Positions 27,506 through 43,000 of a stretch of DNA of 59,393 bases are shown here, piece by piece. The notes beneath the pieces are model-generated. The model searched no databases and was not told the origin of the DNA. It saw only the letters and a program-made list of their open reading frames with translations. Location of the stretch: positions 124,001 through 183,393 of the forward strand of contig CAJNYD010000548.1 in NCBI GenBank assembly GCA_905331295.1. The letters run 5' to 3'. A program made the translations under genes and the position numbers. Source of the stretch: Rotaria socialis (lineage: Eukaryota). The first letter of the stretch is position 1. Each line of letters opens with the position of its first letter.

Positions 27506-28680
27506 ATGATGTTAAATCAACAATCAACAACAAAAACAATAACTCCTAATCGTAAGGAATTAACACCCGTAAAAGTCGCACATGATTATGTTTTTACTCG
27601 ATGGATGGGTTCATGGGAACCTCGATTATCATTATGGTCAACTAGATCTTATTCCGATGCACTACTAGCTTATATTGGTAAAATCTATGGACAACAAGCA
27701 AATGTTTATCATTGTTTTAATACATTATGGAATGAAAGTTTATATAAGACAATAGATGAACTTGATCTACTTAATATATTAATTGAAAGAGTATCAAAAA
27801 TACCTGGTAGACGTTTTTCTTTTAATCTTAATTGATTTTTTTATTGTTATACATATTTTTTTTTACTAATAGGCGCAAAAGCTTCATTACATAAACGTCA
27901 AGAAACATCAAGAATTGAAAGTCGTTTCAATGAATTAAAATCTATATTTGACAAAAATTATAATTCCAGATTTAAACTTTCATCAAAACTTTACAACAAT
28001 GAATTAATTAATAAAGAATCAATTGATAGTTATTTTGATTTAGGCTGTGGAAATGGTTTGATAACAGCTCGTATTGGAAATCATTTTAATATAAAAAAAG
28101 AAAATATTTATGGCGGTGATGTTTTTAATAGTAATAATGAACAAATAACGCATGTATCAATCGATCAAAACCAATCAATTATTGATCTAAGTAAAAAACA
28201 AAGATTTTAAAATTTTTAATTCTTATTGAAATTTACTTAGGTGATCAATCTGTTAGTTTAATAACATGTCTTGTTACACTTCATCATATCGAAAATATTG
28301 ATAATATGCTGAATGAACTTGCACGTATTATTAAACCAAACGGTTATCTTTTAATACGTGAACACGATTGTAAATTAGAACGTTCAGTATTAACAAAATA
28401 TTTACATTTTATCCATGGTATTATGATCATCGGGCGTATAGGAGAATTTAGTAATGATTATGTAACGCATAAAAATGAAAAATTAACATGGGTAGAACAA
28501 AAAAAGAAAATTGTTAAATATACGAAATCAATACAATATAAAACACGTCAGGAATGGCAAAATAAATTAGAACTGGTTGGTTTTGATTTACTAGCTATAT
28601 TTGATTATGATTTAAATAAAACAACAAATCCTCAACGATTATTCTATGGATTGTATAAACGTAATGAAAAGATAAATTAA
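27506..28680 (+). CDS. Class I SAM-dependent methyltransferase (Methyltransf_11-like), 3 exons; start uncertain
   Basis: Exons 27506-27806, 27873-28190 and 28241-28680 are phase-compatible. Motifs: YFDLGCGNG (motif I), YGGDV, SVSLITCLVTLHHI, LNELARIIKPNGYLLIREHD. Confidence 0.85.
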
Positions 28681-30477
28681 ACCAGTGATCGAAAAAAAAA
28701 CAGTTATTTTTCTTTTTTTTGTGTTTTTTTTTGTTCGGTTTTTAGATTTTCGTTTTTTTTTTGTTATTTTTTTGTGCTCTCCGATGAAATAAAGAGAAAG
28801 GTTTTAGTAAGATTCGTTGATATTTTTTACTTTTAATACTATTTGGAGTAATACTGAATACGTATTGTGAAATGGTGAATATTTTCTTCATATCAACAAT
28901 AGAGAACCTACTTGTAGAACAAAAGAAAAACTGGAAATATCAACTAAAATGGTTACCGAAAAATATCTTTTGTATCTTTTTTCTTGTTCATGTTATAGAA
29001 TATCGTTGATATAGTTTCATGAAGGTCAACTTATCCTTCATTGAATCCTAGGATTTTTACAAAGCTCTCAAAGCGAATTCAGATGCTTGAAGGGTTTCTA
29101 TAGTCTACGATGAAGTATTTCAATGTGAGGAAAAGAAATGGAGAGGTTCACTGGTAACCTAAAAAAGTGCTATCAAAATTTCTTAGCTCACTGTAATATT
29201 TTCAGCTAGATTTATTTCCTTTTTTTGGTAAAATCTTCATATAAGACAGGTTACAATGATCCATAAATGGAATAGAACATAGATATCTTTAGGATATTAT
29301 TACTATCGAAAAATCCAATAGCAAAAACTTTTTTGTGAAGTACTTTAAAGATAGTATAATTTACAAAAATTGTTTAGGAAATAGATTGTTTCGGCAATGA
29401 TAAAAAGAAAAAATGAAATCTACATCCAACCCAGACCATCGATACAAAAAAATGAATCGTCAGTAGAAGATAGTTCACGTTAACTTTTCCGAATAGATAT
29501 TTCATTAGCTAATATAATATAACTGTTTTGTTACTTCAATGCCCTTGCAGAATTCTCTAATATTCATGATTAATTTTGCACTTTCATTTATCTATTATCA
29601 AGAGAATTGAATGATTGTTTAAAACCTTCTGTCACTTTTACATATTGCTTTTATTTCTTCACTTTTTTTTTTGTTTTGTATTACAGATAAGTAGAGAATG
29701 CTTCTGAACTCGCTAATTATTCCTTTTCATCAAATAATGCAAGTGTAAATTTTTTTAGAATGAAAGAAGTAATGAACCGTTGAGTAAAAACGTCTAATGC
29801 TACTTGTCATAGTGTTAAATGAAATAGAATACTGTCAAGACTCCTAGGCATACATAAAAAATATGCTTAATTTTTCACATCATGATGAATACGATGGAAA
29901 ATTAACGGAGAAAAACAAAAACATAAAAACAACGGGCAGTATAGAATTCCTTAAATAAGATATTCTCATATATTTCTTACAGGATTACAAAGACAAGAAC
30001 TTGTGTATGTATTTATAAATACCGGTCTATGATTAACAGCTGTAGTCATAGATTTAAGTACAAATTATTTTTAGAATGAATTCTTGCTTAAAAACAAATT
30101 CAAACATGTTTCATGCACATTCAACAAATTATTCATGAATACGAGCTTACATTCAATATGGAATATTAATTGAAAATTTAACTGTTAAAAGCCTTTTATC
30201 TTTTTTAGCTCTTTAAAATTGCCGAGAGATTATTCAATATACTTTTAAAGTTAATGTACTTGAGTGAATTGATGTTTCTTCACCGAGAATATCGCAATTG
30301 AATATATAAATATCTTTTTTTTTCTTATTAAATTATTATATTATCTCTCTTTCTTTTTCTTTTTCTTAAGAACAAAACAACAACAACAACAACACCGAGA
30401 ACAACAAAAAAAATTTAAAGGAGCCAGCCCTTGATAAATATTAACAAAAAAAATAAGTTTTTATGCATTTTTTTTAT

Positions 30478-31838
<1,361 letters not shown>

Positions 31839-34295
31839 TGGAAAACAAATCTATGGAATAGAAAAAGAAAAAGAAAATGAAAATATGATAGATAGAATTA
31901 TAAAAATAAAAATGAGCATCTTTATCTCTTCTGTTATATTTTGACTCACTTCTGTTTTTCTATTGTGTAATTTTTTTTATATAAAATGCTCTTCCTATAT
32001 CATGATGAATCACTACAGTAGAAGAAAAAAAGAATAAATCAAATCAGATCATAAAATATCGAATAATATCTCCTGCGGAAATAGAAAAGACAATGAGGAC
32101 CATTGCACCGCATTGATTCATTTTTTATTTGCTCCTACGTCTTCCATTAACAACATTTTTCTCAGTATGTACTCAATTGTACATTATAAAAACTTGACGA
32201 ATCTGGAATACATATGAGTACCCAGATGTTTGTATGTTAACTAATAACTCATGTTATCATATACCATTTATGAATAACAAACTAGCATGAACATAAATAT
32301 CTATCTATCTCTACATATCACTCAGGTTTTTTTTTCTTGCCCATAATTAACTTTATATTTTTACTAACCGATAAACAAGCTAGAAAGAATTCATATGTGT
32401 ATAATGGAGTGTCTATTCTACTATATGCAACAGCTATCATAGCTCTAAGAAAAAAAGTCGACTAGCTATAGCGCGAATGCGCGAAGAAAGAGAAAAAATA
32501 ACTGTCGGAGGAGATCAACAAAAATGACAATCGCTCCGTTTGCGCTAACCAAAAAGCACGCACTTTTTCCTTATTTTGTAGTCTGTTCTTTTGGTGTTTC
32601 ATCATTTTTCTCCTTTTCACTAGTTCTATTCGTTGTTTTAGCGGTACTCAGGTCGTTCGAAACTTACGTCGAACTTGGACAATCTATTCATCATTTCTTG
32701 TAACAAAACATCATAACGATTCATTATGCATTTTATAGGCTACTGTCATGTTGTTTTCAAACACGTTTATTTTTTGAAAAGAAAACATTATGCTAGTAGA
32801 TACAAGTAGATTAACTATTTATTCGAGCAAAACAATTTTAAGATTACATGACGAATATTAACACCATATGACTTCTGGATGTTAGACAAGTACTAAAAAT
32901 AAGAATGAAGATTATAGAGATACAATTTACATACGAATAAATCTTCGATAGAAACTATTTCAATATTTGAATATGTCAGTATGTCAGCCTATTTGAATTG
33001 AATATTAATGCTATGCTGTAATTCACTATATATGTCACAGTTGACATGAGAATTTCAGTTGAGATTGGGATGCGCAAAAAAAATAATTAATCAAAAAAAA
33101 AAATTTTTTTTTCTGCTCATGATAATAGATTAAAGAAAAACAAAATAGAGAAGAAATATTTCTCAGATAAATTCAATATTCCCATGTCCCGATAGTTTAA
33201 AACATAGACAAAGTTGAATTATTTAAAAACTCATTGTAAAAAGATACAAGGAATAATTCTCAATATAAAAATTTCTAAAGGCAGATCTCAACAAAAATTC
33301 TATTAAAAAAATTAAGAAAAAAACTATTCCAAACTCGCCTGTCACATATATAGTATGCAAGATGATGACAAATAATCAGACTACAATAGAAGTTGAAGTT
33401 AATTTATGTGTGTATCTATTATTTACTGCTGAAAGACAAGTAGTATTGAAAATGGAGAACAATAACAGAATGAAACTTCATAATAGTTTTTCTCTTCATT
33501 GAATTTCTATTGTTAAAGGCATTTCCTAGCAGAAGTAATTTGTCAAAAATAAAAAAAACATACTTCTTGAAATTAATTTTCCATTTTCATTAAGATTAAA
33601 TCAATATATTAAAAAATTATCCAGATTTTTTCGATGATTGGCAACAATACTAGAACTGAAATAATATATATTGCCAATCAGATTATTCCAAATCACTTCC
33701 TATACTATTAAATCAACTTTCTTGATTATTTAGTTTTTCTTTTTAAGTTTTTAATTTTCTAATGATGTAAATATTCCTGCACGATTGATACGTTCAGACA
33801 TATTGCGAGTTAAAAATAATAATATTATCATTCATTTCTTTTATTAGTCTATCAAGTAAAATAATTTAAGAGTAAATCTATACTTTCAATGAACTATATC
33901 TGAATTTATTTCTTCATCAAACCTAAAAAAAGATGCACGCTTTCTTGTAGTCGTTTCCCCTTAAAGCTTCACATTCAAGATTAAATTATAAATGTTTAAA
34001 ACTACCGATATTTGTACCAACAAAAACAACTAATCTTAAAGACATGCCGATGAATAAATGATATTTTTGATAATTTATTTACAGCACAATTAATAGTTTT
34101 ACTGAAGCTATAAGTAAATAATTAATTATAATAGTACAAATCTTTTGAGTATCTTACAAAAATAAAGCAGTTTTACATCCCCCGAAGATGATTCCCTCAA
34201 TTCTACGTGATAAATCTAAAAATGAAATATCTTTAATTATTAGGCACTGTTTCATGTAATATTATGTCTGTTAGTAGATCTCTACGAGTCTAGCG

Positions 34296-34443
34296 TAGCG
34301 GCGGCGTCAGAAATTTAGATGTGAGGAGGCTCAGCCTCAAGCTCTGAAATATTAATATCAGAAAAAATTAAATTCACTAGGAAATTTCCAAAAACATCTG
34401 ACGGGACTCAGTTCCTCCTAGTTCCACCATGACGCCGCCATTA
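34296..34443. mobile_element. hAT-type MITE
   Basis: TIR TAGCGGCGGCGTCA / TGACGCCGCCATTA (12/14). Degenerate 8-bp TSD GTCTAGCG / GTCTGGTG. Confidence 0.75.
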
Positions 34444-36810
34444 GTCTGGTGATGCGCCAAAGCAATTAAGACTTTAACTGTACTTGATAGAGTAAATAAT
34501 CATTAAAAAGTTTGAAAATTTTTCAAAAAAACAAACGTGCTTTTCGCGAGGTTGCCATTTCACAACAATAAAGTACATCACAGCCAAATCCACTAGAAGT
34601 TTGAGTGTCTTAAGAATGATACGTTCGCTTTCTTGTAATCACTCTCAGAAGTTTTTAATAATTGTCTGCACTTTCCATAAGCATCACTTGAGAATAAAAT
34701 ACTATATTTGATATTTTTAAGAATGCCTCGTTTTTGTTCTTCTTTTAATAAATAATCATCCAATACGATGACAACTCTTTAGAATTGATTACAAACTTGA
34801 ATACTTTTTGTGTCAGGTGAAAAGACTTTCAACAATTGAAGATACTTCAAATTCACACTGAGTTGTGCCTAGAATAGTATGAAATTGAATTCGAGGGATT
34901 GTTTGAATGCTGTTTACCAGCAACACAGAAATAAGAAGTGTTGAAATAGAATCTGCCAGAAAGAAAATATTGAATGAAAACAATATAAATGTTAGATTTA
35001 TCCCAGTGTAAGTAATTTTTATTAATGAATCAAATCCAGAGCAGACACTGTTAATAAATCACATGTACATAATCGTATGGGCAATACAAAAAAGCACATG
35101 TTTCCTATTAAAGCTTATATTTTTGTTTCGCTACAAATAATGATAAACTATCTTATAGTTCTATGAGACTAATTTCAATACTTCGTCGGTATTTTATTTG
35201 ATGTATCAATACAATGTTGTACTTGATTGGTCGTTTCCGTTTGTTTTTGCTCGACTCGTAGAATCGCGCTCATTAATATCAGCATGAGTGGAAAACGAGT
35301 TCCGTTTGTTTTGAAAATGTTTAGTTCATATTCAATGTCTGGATGAAAGCTTGAAGTTAATTGCTTTGCATAGGCATGTAATTTAGCAATTATGAGAACA
35401 TTTGAAAAAAAAAGGAAGTTCTGTCCTTACAGATATAATTAGTACGATACTAATGTTTGTCAGCATTTCGAATGCTAACAAACATATCATATTATTTGAT
35501 GTTACATAAATAAACAACTACTAAGAATATCATCAGAAAACGATTGTCAAAAATAGAACATAAATCAAAAATAAAGTGTCGATTGATAGCATCATCAAAC
35601 TTTTAACGTATCTTGAAATATTCTATTTTTTGTTTCGTTTAGCTAACTATATATTTACATCTTACTGTTGATGGATATCATTTGTCTTATCTACAAATAT
35701 TTCATAAGGAAAACTGTTTCGTATTAGTAAAAAGTGTTTTGAAGAGAAAACAATATATGCATTACCTAATAGCTATGAAATTATTATTCATTTATGCTCT
35801 CATTAAAAAACAACTATTAGTTAAATTATTCTATGCAGCGATAAACTTGTCTTTTATCTAAAAATATAATTATATGGAACAAAAAACTCTGACGAAGGAG
35901 CTATAGGAATTACTTAACAGATTTTTACTTCATTTTTTGTCAATAAGTAGGTCTCATAGGGATGACAAGAATCTTAAAAGCTTTTTTTTGTCTATGAATA
36001 TCACTGCGTGACACATACTTGACGTCACAGCGTCGATAATGCTGTTGTTTCTTAATGCTTTAAAACTATTGTGCATATGGTATAACTATAGTTTAAAACT
36101 AAAAAAATAATTTCCATGACCAACAAGCTTCTAGTAGAGACGTTTTTAAAGCATTCGATACTATATTTAGCCCAAAGAGGAAGATCAGATGGTTCTCGAG
36201 TATTAGCAGTCTATGCCGAGATAGAAACAAAGCATTGCACTTCCTCAACCATATACAGTAGGCCAAAATAGGAGTTTAGCACGTTCACTCATGTCGTTGA
36301 AACGAAACTCAAAAAAAGTAAATAAGCTTTGTCATCTGTGAGCCTTGCTTTTAGCGAGGACGTTTGAGATATCTATTTTTATACCATTCTTACGGAATGA
36401 GTTTAAACAAGAGAACAATCTTACATTTTAGTTCTGATCAAAATTGTTTTCCTCTTGATGACGTTAACTATATGTTTGGTAACAAAGCGATATAAACATG
36501 AACGCTCATGGAGATTTCTTAATATTTTTGTGACTTACTTATAGCCGAAAGATGAGCTCGGAATCAGTTACGATGTTTCCTGTGTCACAACTAACTCCAT
36601 CAATAAGTGATTTTCAAGTCTAATTTAAGACGAAAGATATATGAGATCGAACAAATTTAGTCCTATTATATACAACCTGTTATTTCTTCTGTCTGTATAA
36701 GTCAATAGATGTCTTATGATAAGTTGGAGGTCTATACGAGTGCTATTTATTTAATCGAAATCTTCTAATTATTAGATTAATTACAGTTAAGTTTTGCTCC
36801 AACTATTTAT

Positions 36811-36890
36811 CAAGGGAGAAAAAACTCATTTCGAGCCATTTGAATGGCTAGGCATACCAGGGAATGCCCGAATGAGTTTTTCCCCCCTTG
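36811..36890. mobile_element. 80-bp miniature element with CAAGGG termini
   Basis: TIR CAAGGGAGAAAAAACTCATT / AATGAGTTTTTCCCCCCTTG (18/20), with ATTTAT directly flanking both sides. The termini resemble those of the 22386 element. Confidence 0.7.
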
Positions 36891-37365
36891 ATTTATATTC
36901 ATTTGAAAAATTGGCAGTCAACACATAATTTGTCATGTTACAATCAACTTGCTGATTGAACAATGAGTAATATAAATTCACTAAAGATCAAATGCGAGAG
37001 CCTATTTCTCAATATTTAGCAAGCCCTGTTGATAGAAAAAATATAATTCTGAGTATGTCAAGCAGATTTACTAAAATTTCCATATGACATAGTGGAAAAA
37101 AATATTTTTCTGATTTATGATACGCTCCCAGGCTATTCTAGAAGATTCAGCGAGTGTGTATTGCTTCAGACGAGAAGTCAAGGAGCTCTCATCAGTTAGC
37201 TTTCTATTTTTGAATCTTCTCTTCATCAATTATTATAATTATTGCGTAGATGCTAACAGTCCCAATAGACTGCAAGATGTCGGTTTACCATCAAAACATC
37301 GTTCTATCAAATGCAAGCCGAATCAATGCGTCGATTTGAATAATTAGCTGATGAAAAATATAATT

Positions 37366-40006
37366 AAAAACTAGATGGTATCCGAGTTGCACTCGTATAC
37401 GAAATGCGATGCGAAGTAAGAATACGGATCTTCACGAAAAATCTTCCATTTAGAGAAATCTTGAATGCATTCTATGTTGACACGATGAAATTCATCACTG
37501 AGAAAATTTGATTCCTACTTAGCGACACATTCATAAAGATCGAATTCGATTGATCGATTAATTATCTCCATGTTTCATTATCTTAGATCATGTGTAAATG
37601 AATAGACTATAGTGGCTAACATCTGTTGATGACGCCATTTTAATTATCTCGCAACAAATCTCTTTCATTTTCGTCATTTTGGAGCGATATTTGTAAGTGA
37701 ACGAAACTTCAAATTGAAGATTCAAAAACAGGTGTAAGCAGTTCGATCTTGATACTTCTATCTCACGTTTTAACCACTTCTCTATGATTCTCCGTTGTCG
37801 AGATCATTAAGACAGAAAATGAAGAAAAAGATGCGTATTTCTGGTTAAAACAAAAAAAAACTCGCGACAGACTACAGAAATGCTTCTGCTTCGCATCGCA
37901 TTAAAAACAGCAACGCATAAATTATTCATTACGATCTATCATAGCAAGTGAACGTATAGGAAACTTCGATAGAAGATTTTTCTTTGGATACAATTGTTTG
38001 GAATAAAAATTTGAAGGTGCTGTATATATTTGAACAATATGTATTAGATGTTTTTAAGAAAAACGTTTAATTTATGAAAAATAAAATTTATATAAACCAG
38101 CTGATGGACGACAACGATTTTAAAACTCGTGATATTCTATATAAAAAATAAAAAAAGAATTCATTGCTATTGCGTTTGCAGCTTTTGGTTCATTTTACTA
38201 ATCCCGCCTGTTGTAGGAACGTTATGCAATGGAAAACAGATTGCTCAGCTCCAATTCACAATACTTTTTTTTTTATTGAAACTTCAGTCATCTCATTAAA
38301 ACAAAACTTTTGCTGACGACGTATTTAGTTTCATATGCAAAGTTTGAGATCATTTTAAAATTGTTGATAATCCTGCAATATCTGAAAACAGATTTCAAAG
38401 GAAAAAATTGATTATAGTGAAAAATGATAGTTTAATGCTAAAAATATTTGTAACCAGATTTTTTTATTTTTAACTTTCTTCAAGATATATTACCCAATAT
38501 GACGACAAGAACAAAAATACGAATAAAAAAAGCTATTTTTATTAGAAACATGATCATGAGCTTTGTGATCATATTGCAAAAAGAAAATCTCATCATTTGT
38601 TAAAGATGCTAAAAGCTTGAATGAACCATTGGATACTAATGGAATCAAATAAAAGAAAGCTGTTTTTGATGTCTCTTCCTATGTTCAATAAGAATAGAAA
38701 TTATTTGATTTATCAGAAAAAAAATCTTTTTTTTCTTGAGATTTATATTACGGTGATGACTTTTTGCTACTCAAAACTACTTCCGACACAAAAGATGCAG
38801 TAGTAAAATGTCAACGAAATGTAATGTTACTACTTATTTGTTGATTTTGAGCAATTAGTGCTAATTTATTATCAAATATAACGAAAGAGTATTATTTTCA
38901 TAAATCAAATAACGGGATCTTAATGAAGCTAATTAATATGTTGTCTTTGCAGAGATTTCATTATCCATATCTTATGCTAAAGATATCAAAATTTTTGATT
39001 TCAAAAATTCCATCTCGATTACTTTTGGCTGTAGAGCCAAGATGATTTTTTTAAATTAAATTAAAAAGAAAGAAAATTTTTCTATAAACAATAGATTGGT
39101 TTGAGATGGAAAATAAACAAATTGCCTCAATTCATAAATCGAAGGAAATAAATGTGGAAACATCGGATTTAAATCCAAGTGTTATGTGTACTTCAAAAAT
39201 TAAAACTAATTGATGACAGATTGATTTTGATCAAACTATCTAAAAAAAAATTAAAACCAAAGTGAAAATACCTTTTCACTTTTTGAAGTACATATAACAC
39301 TCGAATTTAAATCCGAGATTTTCGCATTTATTCTATAAGACATAGATCTCATCAAGATGCATCCCGTGTCACTAAATTTCAACGAGAAAATACAGGTGTG
39401 TTAAGTTAACCTCATGAATCTATAAGAGATACATGATAGATACAGGCATCCGTATTTTCCTAATAAATCACCAATATTAATAGCTATCGAGTTCGAATTT
39501 TTACTTTTCGATAGTCTTTTTGCCTAGCTACAAAACCAGGCATGTGGAAAACCCCAAAACTACTGATCATCTGAGACATATCTAGGCAATTTGGTTTCTG
39601 AATGCAGGTTTTGTGCATTTTGAGACCTCTTTCAGGCGATGTTTTGTTAGAAAGCTACGACTTGGTTCAAAGCTAATATCAGATTCGGAATCAGCGTTAA
39701 AAACTGAGTCGATTTATATATGTTGTGAATAATTCTGAGAAAAATATTGTGTTTTTTGAAAACATCCCTGTACCCCCCCCCCCCCCCCTCAGGGATGGCC
39801 TGGTCAATAATGACAATTGTTTCGATAACTCAGCCATTTCTTCACGGATCCTTCTCACCTTCGAACTGGACTGAAATATTGATGAAATCATTCTGTGTGT
39901 AAAATTTCATGACAATTGAATGAGGCTTTCAAAAGTTATCGTGCCTACGGCCGGCCGAACACACTGACCGAATCTAGAGTGTACTCACTTTTTGAGTACA
40001 CAAAAA
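37366..40006. mobile_element. Helitron/Helentron (DINE/HINE-like) non-autonomous element or nested cluster; boundaries tentative
   Basis: The left end is AAAAACTAG plus hairpin 37378-37400. There is a perfect 14-bp inverted repeat at 37403-37416 / 37889-37902. The right end has a TGTAAAATTTCATGAC...AAAAGTTATCGTG block and hairpin GTGTACTCA-CTTTT-TGAGTACAC followed by AAAAA. Confidence 0.5.
39147..39332. repeat. ~52-bp imperfect inverted repeat (foldback/MITE relic)
   Basis: 39147-39198 pairs with 39281-39332 (TCGGATTTAAAT..GTGTTAT.TGTACTTCAAAA). Confidence 0.8.
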
Positions 40007-43000
40007 CAACGATGCGCGATTGGTCAACTCAAACGACAATATTTTAAGCTAAACGTTTGTTCCTAGGTAGATTTCGTAGTCATTAAAAATATTGAACTCA
40101 AAAGAAACGATCAAAATACATGTAACATAAACAGAGCAACTGATGAACTTCAACATACAATGTCACAATATGAAAGCGGCATTCTACTTTTAATTGTATA
40201 TTAAAGATGATAATACTACCGAAGGCATTTACTAATGAGAAATATTTGAAATTCTAAGATCTTCATTCTACTTTGTTAGCGATGATAATCGGCATAAATT
40301 AATTATAATTCAAAACTTTGTATTCAAATAGTATATGATGTTCTTGATTTATTTGAAATCTGTGCATTTGTCTTACATGTATTTTAACTAATTTCCACGT
40401 TATCATCTTTGTATGTGCAGCATGACTATAATTAATAAGGACCCATGAGCGATTTTGGCAGGTAATTATAATTATACAAAATACAGTGAGGTCATTACAA
40501 GTAACATCCACATTTTTTTATGATGTTTTCGAACAGGTATATTACAATCAATACTTATTCTACATATTCATTAAAGTCGTAGAATTTCAACATTACTTAC
40601 GAGAAATTCGCGTAATATTTAATTATTTTATGTTTTATATTAATACAAAACTGCTAAAGGGATATTTGATTCTATTTTAATAACTTTCTGAAAGCGAAAA
40701 AAGTTCATTATCGACTTTGCAATATTACGTAATAGTTAACTAATTGGCCTGTTAAACTTTCTATTTAAAACATTCTCTTCAATGTATCATGCTGAACGCG
40801 ATTAAATAAAGAAAAACATGGCATGGTGTTTTTTATTTTAATAGATGCTAATGTAAATTGTTTTTAGTGCAAATCTGATAAAAACAAAATTCGTGTACTT
40901 CATTTGATGAAACATAATTAAATTTAATATAAAATGTATTAAAGAGCAATATGATCCAACAATAGAAATAATTCATTTAGCATTTTTGCTACGAAAATTC
41001 ACTATTGATTGTATTAAAATTTTCCAATGTAATACCGATAACGACAAGGAATCTCTTGATTCCGCTTCTTCGTAGACGTTTTCGAAATAATTGTATACAG
41101 ACTGATACAATATTTGTTTTAATACATCTACTGAAACGAATAATTAATTTTCGATCATCATATTTGAATATTTTCTAGGAAACATTATCGACAAACTATT
41201 AGTATAATATTATTTACAGGTAACAGATCTGAATTTATGAAAAGGCTTGAAGAAAAAATGTATCTAAAAGAAATACGAGGGGAATTTTTCGAAGAATGCA
41301 GCGATTTTCTATACTTTTTAGGCTTCGTTAGTTTTTCTTTTCTCTCACAATATTATAGTCGAGAGTAATGTTGAAACAATTGAGATAGGACAATCAAAAA
41401 AGGGAATTTTTTATTTTTATTTTTTTTCAATTCATCAATTTCAGCACAGAGTTTTGTTTTCGATGAATACAATCAAACAACAGGTATTATCGCTAGATTA
41501 TAATTGTAGTGTATTGTGAATTTATTTTCGGAATCAACATGCAAAAAAAAACACTAAGTCATCTTTTGTTCATCGTAAAAAAGACTAGTAAAATCCTCAC
41601 CATAACGGATTTACTTTCAAATTGTAGGGATTGAAAAAATTTTAAGTGTTAAGAATAGTAACTGTTAATCAGACACATTTGTTTTTCACGGAAGTAAAAG
41701 TTTCTGATAGTCATGTATTTTTTCCAAAGAACAACAACCTTTGTGTTAATGAAAATCTAGTAATTCCAGAGGTTGTTTTGTAGTGTTTTACGTAGTAATG
41801 AGTTTATTTTAATAATAGCTGTGTTTTTTATTATTACTGAAATAGAGCACGGTTCCGTCTGGAACGTTTGATCTTTTAACGCGATTCAAGATTCAAAAGC
41901 TATTATGTAGAAATAAATGAAGTTCATGAAACTAATAACTTCTCATTCGAACTTCCAATCATAGCTCGGCACATTATGTTTTTCTTCTTGGAATATTTCT
42001 ATGCAGTGTATGAAATCACACTAATATAATAACTTATTGTCAGTTTATAGGTTATGTAATCTTTTCGATATTTTTAACATATGTGTGTGTGATGATTCTA
42101 TTTTCTACAATTTCCGACTGTTTATACACTATAGGATTTGAGCGATAAACGATGGATGTTTCTTTTGTTGAGACAAGAAAATTTGAAATATCTGATCTAC
42201 CAATCTTATACAGTTAAGACACTCGCTACTTCACGATTTTTTAAAATATATTGCATATAAATGTCAATAGGTCAATACAGAAAATTAACATCTATAATGT
42301 TGATTAATAAATTTTTAATCATTTTATCTAGAAATATAATGATTGATATCTATATTTAGTAATAATTATTCACTACTCTAGTGTTTCACTATACTCTTGC
42401 TAGTATCATCGTATTAGGTTACGTTTGTCTATCCGTCCGCAATTCGTTGCATTGTAATATAATCCATTGCTTTCTTTGGCAAAGGATTATTGCTAATAAG
42501 TTGTCTCAGCATTCATAAGAGACTAATACTTTCTTTTGAATATCTGATTAGATGATCTTCGCTTTCAACATCATCAATAGTGGCCAGCAGTTTGCGAAAT
42601 TAATCTTTTGCCTTTTTCTATAACTCACTAATGAAAGAACAACTGCCTGAATGTCTAATAGGAAACTCCATCAATGCTGCGAAATTAGATATTCAAATAA
42701 GGAAATTAAAACAAGTGCGTCATAATGATATCAAAAACGCATAAGAACACATGTGTCACGGTTACATAAAGCGAGTTGTTATGTCTAATTTTTGAGTTCC
42801 CGTAGTCATATAAAATAAAATAAACTGCAGCATGTTGTGACCTCTACTTAATGAATAACATAAAATATAATTAATAGCTTTTATTGCAAAGGAACAGTAG
42901 GAAAAACAAAACGCATGACAACTAAGAAAATTTGCAATAATAATTGAAGACCAAAGATCGAACGATGTGCCTAATAAGTGTTAACACAAAGACCAATGAA

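Noticed and set aside
36252..36290. TA-CAGTAGGCCAAAA, like a Tc1 terminus
   Set aside because: No matching inverted end found.
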